In this document: piece after piece, positions 18,382-25,269 of the stretch
Position numbering within the stretch: the first letter of the stretch is position 1
Layout of the letters: each line of letters begins with the position of its first letter
DNA from: an uncultured archaeon
GTDB lineage: Archaea; Asgardarchaeota; Thorarchaeia; Thorarchaeales; CAZPUN01
Length of the DNA stretch: 25,269 nt
Assembly (NCBI GenBank): GCA_964589775.1
Contig: CAZPUN010000043.1
Span: 1 to 25,269, forward strand
Direction: 5' to 3'
The notes under the pieces: generated by a model
The model's database searches: none
Seen by the model: only the letters and a program-made list of their open reading frames with translations
What the model was told of the DNA's origin: nothing
Translations under genes and position numbers: made by a program

Positions 18382-20328
18382 ATGATGTCTAATAGAAGAA
18401 TTCAATTTGTTATATTATTAATAGTATTTGTTATATTAATTTCATTTCAAAGTAGAATTCCTCAGGTGGAGGCTAAATCTACTGAACCATTTAGAGTTCA
18501 TCGACTAGAAATAATTCGCTTATCAAGTATTGTTGTAGATGAATCTGGGATCGGGGTTCCTAATCAAATTGTTTCATTTTATGATGAAACAGAAGATAAA
18601 TTGATCGGTAGAAATATTACAGATATAAATGGTTATTGTTATTTCTTGTGGCAGATACCTCAAAATCACTCGCTTGGTATAACCTATTTAAATACTACAT
18701 ATAACGGTAATTCCACTATATTTCTTGGGCCTTCATATTCAAAATTTACAATTATAGTTGTTGCTAAGCCCCACATCATTTACAATATAACAAATTCCCA
18801 AAACATAAGTACGAATATGTTTTTGCCTTCTGATTTTATTAATTTAAATGTCCAACTATATGATGAGTTCAATAATACTATTTCTAAAGCATCTATTTTA
18901 ATCTATATTGATAATAACGTGATTTTAAATTACTTTGATACTTTACCATTGCTCGTGAAAATACCGTTATATAAATATTCTATTGGTGTTCATAATCTAT
19001 CGATTTATATAAATGAAAGTGAATTTTTAGATTCGTCATATACAACCTATACCTTTACTATATATCAAAAGCCGCTCAAAATTGTTGGAGACGATTCATA
19101 TACTTTTCATAAGATTGTATCATCAAATATTACATTTCAAATTTTATCGGGATCAATTCCTATGGTTAATGCTTCATATTCTCTTTATTTACAAAATGGT
19201 GATATTCTTATCAATGGTGTTTCAAATCTTTCTGGTTATATTTCAATAAATATATCAAAATACATTCATAGCGGTTATAATTTATTATATTTAAAATGTT
19301 TTATAAATATAGATTATAAAACAGCAATAAAACAGATTGAAATATATTTTTATAGTGATGTATTTATTTCGAATTTATCTATAAGTAAATCTGTTCTTTT
19401 TAATACAACAAGTATTTCTTTTAATTTAATTGATAAATATGGTGAAAACATAAGTATGATTCCTTTAAAAATTTATTTAGATTCAAGTCAATTAATATAT
19501 TCCGGTTGGTATTCTATGAATTTTAATATAAGTTTCGTAGTTTTTTCCTATGCCGGATATCATAAGATTTCAATTATTTCTGAAAATTTTGGATTTTATC
19601 TATCGCAGAATATGACCTTTTCTTTTATAGTATACGATTATCCGGAATATGTTATCGATTATCATGGTATTGAAGGATATGTATCATATGGTCAGAAAGT
19701 ATCATTGGATTTCAGAATCTTTTTGCATACATTTAATTTATCTGTATTAGATATGTATATTTTCAATAATATTACTAATACATATAGTAAATATCCTTGT
19801 AATGATCCAATATCGTATTCTGTTGATATTCCAAATAATAATTTTAAAATGAAATATTTGTATCTAAATTTCACCTTTATAAATAATAGTGACTTACCTA
19901 TCGAAATAAATAGGTTTGAATTAATTTTTAAAATTGTCTCTAAGATTCCAACAAAACTAAAAATAATTTCTTTAGATCATACTGAAAATAACATACTTGT
20001 TGTATTAAGATTAAAATCACTTAATGGTACATATTTAAAATCATCTGTTGTTGTTGCAAAATTCAATTCTCAATCCTATCAAAATGTAACAGATTCTCAA
20101 GGTTACGTTTCTTTTCTTTTTGAAATAAACTCTGGAAATGTAAATATTTCATTTCTATTTAATGGTAAAGGCGCTTATCTGCCTTGTAACACATCATTGA
20201 CTATTAATTTCTCTAACAATTTAATGGATCAATCAAATTACTATTTTCTATCTCTATTCATAATTATACCTTTATTTATTGTATCTATTCTGTTTCATAA
20301 AAACAATATCGAAATTATTGAAAAATAG
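18382..20328 (+). CDS. Secreted, C-terminally membrane-anchored Ig-like/beta-sandwich repeat surface protein
   Basis: Signal peptide (RR + hydrophobic + VEA|K); recurring L.D..G..I and TD..GY motifs; many N-x-S/T sequons; C-terminal TM YYFLSLFIIIPLFIVSILF. Confidence 0.7.
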   Translation: MMSNRRIQFVILLIVFVILISFQSRIPQVEAKSTEPFRVHRLEIIRLSSIVVDESGIGVPNQIVSFYDETEDKLIGRNITDINGYCYFLWQIPQNHSLGITYLNTTYNGNSTIFLGPSYSKFTIIVVAKPHIIYNITNSQNISTNMFLPSDFINLNVQLYDEFNNTISKASILIYIDNNVILNYFDTLPLLVKIPLYKYSIGVHNLSIYINESEFLDSSYTTYTFTIYQKPLKIVGDDSYTFHKIVSSNITFQILSGSIPMVNASYSLYLQNGDILINGVSNLSGYISINISKYIHSGYNLLYLKCFINIDYKTAIKQIEIYFYSDVFISNLSISKSVLFNTTSISFNLIDKYGENISMIPLKIYLDSSQLIYSGWYSMNFNISFVVFSYAGYHKISIISENFGFYLSQNMTFSFIVYDYPEYVIDYHGIEGYVSYGQKVSLDFRIFLHTFNLSVLDMYIFNNITNTYSKYPCNDPISYSVDIPNNNFKMKYLYLNFTFINNSDLPIEINRFELIFKIVSKIPTKLKIISLDHTENNILVVLRLKSLNGTYLKSSVVVAKFNSQSYQNVTDSQGYVSFLFEINSGNVNISFLFNGKGAYLPCNTSLTINFSNNLMDQSNYYFLSLFIIIPLFIVSILFHKNNIEIIEK

Positions 20329-20384
20329 TATATTATTACAATTTAAATTATTTTTATTTATTATAAATCAAATAGTGATGTACT

Positions 20385-20726
20385 ATGAAAAACAACAATC
20401 CACGACAAATAATCGTTGAATCTGAATTATATGAATTATCAATGCCCGGAAAACTTATTGGAAAAGAAGTTTTTGACAGTCATGCTAGAAGAATTGGTAT
20501 TGTTAGGAATATTCGCCTTTCATTAGCGCCGTTAAAAGTTGAATTAATTGTAAAGGGACTAGAAGTTGAATTTCCTATTGATGTAGAAGATGTAGATATT
20601 GTTGGTACAGTTATTCAACTTAAGACAGTAGCAAAAGAAGCGGAAGAGATTGACATTCGTGATGTTATTAGATTACAAAAGGAAGTATGGGATGATATCC
20701 GTACATATATGAAGTTTAGTGATTAA
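20385..20726 (+). CDS. PRC-barrel domain protein
   Basis: KLIGKEVFDSHARRIGIVRNI...IDVEDVDIVGTVIQLK PRC-barrel pattern plus a C-terminal helix. Confidence 0.8.
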   Translation: MKNNNPRQIIVESELYELSMPGKLIGKEVFDSHARRIGIVRNIRLSLAPLKVELIVKGLEVEFPIDVEDVDIVGTVIQLKTVAKEAEEIDIRDVIRLQKEVWDDIRTYMKFSD

Positions 20727-20800
20727 TTAAATGTATGAATATATTTTTATTTATATTTGTCTACAAAATCGTTTGAATTAGATTCTTGGAGCTACGGGAT

Positions 20801-21361
20801 ATGGAAAAAACACATAACTTAGTTGTAAGAGATATTGCATCACACGAAGTAATAACATGTTTAGAAACAGAAACAGTACAAAAAGCAGCTCAATTGATGA
20901 GTGATGCTGATATAGGCTCTATTGTAATAACAAAAAATGATAAACCGATCGGTATAATTACTGAACGCGACATAGTTGTACGTGTTGTTGCAGTTGGCAA
21001 AGATCCAAAAAATATTCTCGTCAAAGATATAATGACATCTCCTTTGATTGTTGTTGAGCCTAATACTACAATAACTGATGCAATGCGTCTTATGGCGAAA
21101 AGTAATATCCGGCGTCTTGTTATTTTAAATAATGGAGAACTTTATGGAATTATTAGTTCACGTGATATAATAAAAGTATCTCCAAGTTTAATTGAAATTT
21201 TAATTGAAATGGCATCATCATCTCAAATTGTATATGACAAATATCCTGAATCCTCTGTTGCAGGAATATGTGATGGTTGTGGTTTATGGAGTGATTCTCT
21301 AATAGAAGTTGATGGTTTAATGCTTTGTGAATCATGTCGTGAGGAACAAATCGAAGAATAA
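20801..21361 (+). CDS. CBS-pair protein with C-terminal zinc ribbon
   Basis: Two CBS repeats (IGIITERDI, YGIISSRDI) followed by GICDGCG...LCESC. Start at ATG 20801; the ORF extends to 20786. Confidence 0.9.
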   Translation: MEKTHNLVVRDIASHEVITCLETETVQKAAQLMSDADIGSIVITKNDKPIGIITERDIVVRVVAVGKDPKNILVKDIMTSPLIVVEPNTTITDAMRLMAKSNIRRLVILNNGELYGIISSRDIIKVSPSLIEILIEMASSSQIVYDKYPESSVAGICDGCGLWSDSLIEVDGLMLCESCREEQIEE

Positions 21362-21374
21362 TGGAGGTATTTTA

Positions 21375-22172
21375 ATGAAAGTCGAAGAAATTATGAATAA
21401 AAATGTTATAACAATTGATAAAGATCAAAAATTATCTTATGCTCTAGAACTCATGCAAAAACACAATATCTCTAGATTAGTTGTTACACAAAATAGTATC
21501 CCTATTGGTATTATTACATTAAAAGATATTGCAAATCGTTTAGACCCCTCAAAGGTTACTACTATTCAAATAACAAGCTTACATGTTTCAAGCTGTATGT
21601 CTTCGGAGTTATATACAATTTCTATAGGAAATTCAGTCAAAAAAGCAGCAAATCTTATGATTGAAAAATCAGTAAGTGGTTTACCCGTTTTAAATGCACG
21701 TGGCGAATTAGTTGGAATCATTACGAAAACTGATTTAACTAAATTATGCATAGATTTTAATGACGTTTATGTAAAAGATGTAATGAGCGATCGTGGTCTA
21801 GTTGTTATTCATCCTACAGAGCGTATAATAAAAGCACGTCTAGATATTCTTGAAAATAATATTAGTGGAGCTCCTGTAGTTTCTAACAATAAAGTTGTTG
21901 GTGTTCTTACTGAAGGGATGATTGCAAAAGCAATGCAAGAATTTAGTTTAAGAATACCTGATAAATACAAGGGTGCGCGTATTAGAAATGTATTAGTTAA
22001 AGATGTTATGCGTAGAAATCCCCCCACGGTTGCACCAGAAGACACAATCTCTCATGCGGCCCGAGTGATTTTAGATAACAACTTAAACACAATTCCCGTA
22101 ATTAATAATGAAAAATTAGTTGGAATTATTACAAAGACCGATTTAACACGTTTAATTGCAAATATGAGCTAG
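21375..22172 (+). CDS. Four-CBS-domain protein
   Basis: IGIITLKDI, VGIITKTDL, VGVLTEGMI, VGIITKTDL; GGAGGT upstream of ATG 21375. Confidence 0.9.
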   Translation: MKVEEIMNKNVITIDKDQKLSYALELMQKHNISRLVVTQNSIPIGIITLKDIANRLDPSKVTTIQITSLHVSSCMSSELYTISIGNSVKKAANLMIEKSVSGLPVLNARGELVGIITKTDLTKLCIDFNDVYVKDVMSDRGLVVIHPTERIIKARLDILENNISGAPVVSNNKVVGVLTEGMIAKAMQEFSLRIPDKYKGARIRNVLVKDVMRRNPPTVAPEDTISHAARVILDNNLNTIPVINNEKLVGIITKTDLTRLIANMS

Positions 22173-22177
22173 TAAAA

Positions 22178-23470
22178 ATGACCACTCTGAAAATTATTAA
22201 TGCACGAATTCCAGATCTTACTGGGATTCGTGAAAATATTTCTATTTTAATAGAGGATGGCATTATTAAAAAAGTATCTAATAATATTTCTGCTCCTTAT
22301 GATTATTTAATTGATGCCAATGGAAATCTTGTTCTCCCTGGGCTTATTGATATTCATACACATTTACGTGATTTTGCTTTATCCTACAAAGAAACTTTTT
22401 ATTCTGGGACTGCAGCAGCTGCTGCGGGTGGAATTACAACAGTTTTTGATATGCCCAATACGGATCCGCCTACAAATTCAATAAAAAAGATTGAAACTAA
22501 AGTTTCTAGGATTTCTAATGAAAAATTGGTGAATGTGGGTTTATATTCTGGTGTACCTTCTATGTTAAATGAACTCGATAAAATTGTTAAAAATCCTTAT
22601 ATATTTGGAATAAAAATATTTTTGTATTCTGATGTATTTCGTAAAAATCTGAAGAATACCATTAATCTTATTTTACATCACCTTAAAGGTGTGTCGATAC
22701 CTCTTTTAATACACGGTGAGCTTCCTTTACAATATAATAAATACAATAATGTTTCTGAATTTTTGTATATTCATAATGCATTGCGAGAACTTTTAGCTTA
22801 TTTAGAAATATTATCTATAAATCAAAATGTAAAACATCATATACATTTTTGTCACGTTTCTCTTCCTTCGGCAGCTTATTTATTAAGCAATTCAGAGAAT
22901 GTAACTTTTGAGGTGACACCTCACCACCTTTTTTTAAATAATTCAATACTTACGGAATCTGATGGCATTGCAAAATGTTTACCCCCTTTGAGATCTAACT
23001 ATTGTCAAAAAGCCTTAATTAAAATGTTGTATGGTGGATTAATTAAAATTATCGCTACAGACCATGCGCCTCATGCACTTTCTGAAAAAGTTTGCACATT
23101 CAATGTTGCAGCTAATGGAATTACCGGACTTGAAACATTATTTCCACTTTTATTTACTGAGGTTTCAAAAGGAAATTTATCATTAAGTGATTTCATTAGT
23201 CTTGTATCTAGAAATCCTGCAAAATTGATGCATCTAAATAAAGGTGAAATCTTCTCTGGATATGATGGTGATTTAATAATTGTTTCTCCTAATACAAAAT
23301 GGAAGATAAGAGGAGATAATTTTCATTCAAAATCTAAAATTACGCCGTTTGAAGGATATTCTGTAACTGGAAAAATACTGTATACTATTGTTGGCGGGAA
23401 AACTGTATATTCAAATAATATGATAGTATCTAAACCTGGAGAAAGTGGCAAAGTTCTAAAAAGAAATTGA
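22178..23470 (+). CDS. pyrC: Dihydroorotase
   Basis: PGLIDIHTHLRD, AAAGGITTVFDMPNTDP, HFCHVS, EVTPHHL, PPLRS, IATDHAPH, SKSKITPFEG. Confidence 0.88.
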   Translation: MTTLKIINARIPDLTGIRENISILIEDGIIKKVSNNISAPYDYLIDANGNLVLPGLIDIHTHLRDFALSYKETFYSGTAAAAAGGITTVFDMPNTDPPTNSIKKIETKVSRISNEKLVNVGLYSGVPSMLNELDKIVKNPYIFGIKIFLYSDVFRKNLKNTINLILHHLKGVSIPLLIHGELPLQYNKYNNVSEFLYIHNALRELLAYLEILSINQNVKHHIHFCHVSLPSAAYLLSNSENVTFEVTPHHLFLNNSILTESDGIAKCLPPLRSNYCQKALIKMLYGGLIKIIATDHAPHALSEKVCTFNVAANGITGLETLFPLLFTEVSKGNLSLSDFISLVSRNPAKLMHLNKGEIFSGYDGDLIIVSPNTKWKIRGDNFHSKSKITPFEGYSVTGKILYTIVGGKTVYSNNMIVSKPGESGKVLKRN

Positions 23471-23496
23471 TTATTATTAAATACGAAGGTGGTAGT

Positions 23497-24126
23497 ATGG
23501 AATTCACTTTGGATGATGGGATATTTCTTACGAAAATAGCTCGTGATGCAATTGAAAATTATATAAAAAATCATATTGTAATTGATATACCTAAGAATAC
23601 GCCTGAAAAACTGTTTAGAAAACGCGGTGTATTTGTTACACTTAATACAATTAAAAATGGGCATGTAAATCTACGTGGATGCATAGGCCGTCCATATCCT
23701 GATTTTCCATTAATTAGAGCAACAATTGATTCTGCAATAGACTCTGCAGTAAATGACCCTAGATTCTATCCTTTATCAATTGATGAATTAGAACATATTG
23801 TCGTTGAGATAAGTATTTTAACAAAACCAATTTTAATTGAAGTAAATAATCCTAATGAATACTTGGATAAAATCAAGATTGGTGAAGATGGATTAATTAT
23901 TTCTAAAGGATGGCTGAAAGGTTTATTGTTACCTCAAGTACCTGTAGAATGGAAATGGAATGTTAAAGAATTTTTGGACAATTTGTGTATGAAGGCTGGA
24001 ATGTATTATAATTGTTGGAAAGATCCTAATATTAAAATCTATAAATTTAATGCGATCATTTATGGAGAAATAGCTCCTAAAGGTAAAATTGTTGAAAATC
24101 CCCATTTATATTATAAGAGGAATTGA
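23497..24126 (+). CDS. AMMECR1-domain protein (TIGR00296 / AmmeMemoRadiSam protein A family)
   Basis: GVFVTL...LRGCIG, SAVNDPRFYPL, EISILT, GLLLPQVPVEWKW, LCMKAG. Start at ATG 23497; the ORF extends to 23467. Confidence 0.92.
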   Translation: MEFTLDDGIFLTKIARDAIENYIKNHIVIDIPKNTPEKLFRKRGVFVTLNTIKNGHVNLRGCIGRPYPDFPLIRATIDSAIDSAVNDPRFYPLSIDELEHIVVEISILTKPILIEVNNPNEYLDKIKIGEDGLIISKGWLKGLLLPQVPVEWKWNVKEFLDNLCMKAGMYYNCWKDPNIKIYKFNAIIYGEIAPKGKIVENPHLYYKRN

Positions 24127-24992
24127 TTATGTTATATGATAAAAATAAATTGATTGACTTTATTTATGAAGATCTAGGTTATGGTGATATAACAACCGAA
24201 GCAGTAGTTTCTTCTGATATGAATATCGAAGCATATATTACTTCAAAATCTTCTGGAATTTTAGCTGGTGTTGAAGAATCTTGTTTCATATGTGAATTCT
24301 TCAAGATCACATGCGAAGTGATTAAAAAAGATGGTGATCATATTAATATTCACGATAAGATTCTAAAAATAAGTGGTAATGCGCGAAAAATATTATTAGT
24401 CGAGCGTGTTATTCTAAACTTATTAATGAAGATGTCTGGAATTGCAACCAAAGTTAATTATCTTGTTTCATTATGTCATAAAGTAAATTCAAAAGTAAAA
24501 ATTGCTGCAACACGTAAAACTACGCCTGGATTTAGATTTTTTGAAAAGAAAGCTGTGTTCATTGGTGGTGGAGATCCTCATAGGTGGCGTCTTGATGATA
24601 TGTATTTAATAAAAAGTACTCATATTGATATTGCTGGCGGTGTGTCTGAAGCAATCATGCGTGTGAAGAATAAGAAGATATTTTCAAAGATCATCGATGT
24701 GGAGGTCCGAAATATCGATGAAGCTATTGAAGCCATTAAAAATGGTGCAGATATTATAATGTTGGATAATTTCACGCCATTGCAAGTAAAAGAAACAATC
24801 ATGCATCTTGAAAGTCTTAATCTTCGTAATAAAATTTTAATTGAAGTATCAGGAGGAATAACTGAAGAAAACATATTAGAGTATGCAAAAACTGGTGTTG
24901 ATATTATATCACTTGGTAGTTTGACCCATTCTTATTCATCTCTAGATTTTCATATTGAGTTAAAAGTTCTTGGTGGGCCCGAAGGGATTTGA
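24123..24992 (+). CDS. nadC: Nicotinate-nucleotide diphosphorylase (quinolinate phosphoribosyltransferase)
   Basis: EDLGYGDITT, ERVILNLLMKMSGIAT, ATRKTTPG, HRWRLDD, DIIMLDNF, EVSGGI, GVDIISLGSLTH. The last codons overlap tRNA-Ile2 on the other strand. Confidence 0.95.
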   Translation: MIMLYDKNKLIDFIYEDLGYGDITTEAVVSSDMNIEAYITSKSSGILAGVEESCFICEFFKITCEVIKKDGDHINIHDKILKISGNARKILLVERVILNLLMKMSGIATKVNYLVSLCHKVNSKVKIAATRKTTPGFRFFEKKAVFIGGGDPHRWRLDDMYLIKSTHIDIAGGVSEAIMRVKNKKIFSKIIDVEVRNIDEAIEAIKNGADIIMLDNFTPLQVKETIMHLESLNLRNKILIEVSGGITEENILEYAKTGVDIISLGSLTHSYSSLDFHIELKVLGGPEGI

Positions 24993-25077
24993 ACCCTTGA
25001 CCCTTCCCGAATGATTTCAAAAAAAACCATTTGACGGTTATGAGCCGTCTGCTCTGACCGAGCTGAGCTACGGGCCC
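24971..25077 (-). tRNA. tRNA with CAT anticodon, most likely tRNA-Ile2 (agmatidine type), with 29-nt intron at 43/44, CCA encoded
   Basis: Acceptor GGGCCCG/CGGGCCC-A-CCA (Ile-type); GACGG-CT-CAT-AA-CCGTC; 34 nt between the anticodon and T arms, of which 25004-25032 folds as a BHB-like intron; AAGGG-TTCAAAT-CCCTT. Confidence 0.88.
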
Positions 25078-25102
25078 ATTTTAATATTTAAATATTTAAT
25101 AA

Positions 25103-25194
25103 TGGCGCCGTCGGGAGGACTCGAACCTCCGACCGCCTGGTTAACAGCCAAGTGCTGTCGGCCTTTTCAGTCTACCGAACTAAGCTACGACGGC
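25103..25194 (-). tRNA. tRNA-Asn(GTT) with 15-nt D-arm intron at 22/23, CCA encoded
   Basis: GCCGTCG/CGACGGC-G-CCA; CTTGG-CT-GTT-AA-CCAGG; insertion ACTGAAAAGGCCGAC (25157-25171) splits the 3' D-stem GAGC. Confidence 0.92.
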
Positions 25195-25203
25195 ACATCA
25201 TAG

Positions 25204-25269
25204 TGCTCCGGGCGGGATTTGAACCCGCGATCGCGAGGGGTCTTCCACCATTTTCTGGTGCCGAAAGCC
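25204..25269 (-). tRNA. tRNA-Glu(TTC), 3' part only (5' end outside the window), with 22-nt canonical 37/38 intron; CCA not encoded
   Basis: Minus strand GG-CT-TTC-G|GCACCAGAAAATGGTGGAAGAC|C-CCTCG-CGATC-GCGGG-TTCAAAT-CCCGC-CCGGAGC-A, with a clean BHB motif. Confidence 0.88.

Noticed and set aside
16237-19874. ORFs 16237..16467, 17539..17853 (hydrophobic) and 19692..19874 as possible small membrane or pilin partners of the ATPase
   Set aside because: Entirely antisense to the long ATPase or surface-protein ORFs. The hydrophobicity is the expected mirror of A-rich Lys/Asn codons.
15426-20384. Integrated mobile element or provirus call for the AT-rich pair
   Set aside because: No integrase, transposase, relaxase, capsid gene, adjacent tRNA or flanking direct repeat was visible by eye, so it is not annotated as a mobile element.
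21700-22150. Near-identical GTTGGAAT(C/T)ATTAC(G/A)AA(A/G)AC segments near 21710 and 22120
   Set aside because: Coding similarity between CBS repeats (VGIITKTDLT), not a DNA repeat element.
21153-24874. Minus-strand ORFs 21153..21335, 21566..21751, 21809..22045, 23323..23664 and 24620..24874
   Set aside because: Antisense to the CBS genes, pyrC/AMMECR1 and nadC.
24971-25077. tRNA-Met, or a long-variable-arm Sec/Pyl-like tRNA
   Set aside because: The GGGCCCG acceptor stem is Ile-type rather than initiator or elongator Met, the anticodon is CAT, and the extra 29 nt fit a BHB-like intron.
1-25269. CRISPR array or rRNA gene
   Set aside because: No regularly spaced direct repeats and no long GC-rich non-coding region; the window is almost fully coding.

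Overview
AT-rich archaeal chromosomal window, probably from an Asgard archaeon. That assignment is an inference from an Arf-like small GTPase sitting among archaeal core genes. Most of the window is housekeeping: eIF2-alpha (partial)/rps27e/rpl44e, a Sec61-beta gene missed by the ORF track, MazG-like, glyA, PUA-PAPS reductase, deoC, egsA, a rearranged rpoD-rpl18e-rpl13-rps9-rpoN-rps2 cluster, fau-1, mvk, pyrB, pyrC, AMMECR1 and nadC. There are six tRNA genes. Four carry introns, two of them at non-canonical positions (tRNA-Asn 22/23 and tRNA-Ile2(CAT) 43/44), and tRNA-Pro(CGG) has an atypical A37. The best candidate for an undescribed system is a very AT-rich divergent gene pair at 15453-20328. 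It encodes a 941-aa membrane-anchored HerA/VirB4-like ATPase with a C-terminal winged-helix and degenerate nuclease-like tail, and a 648-aa secreted, membrane-anchored Ig-like repeat protein, suggestive of a domesticated DNA uptake/transfer module. No integrase, transposase or CRISPR array was seen.
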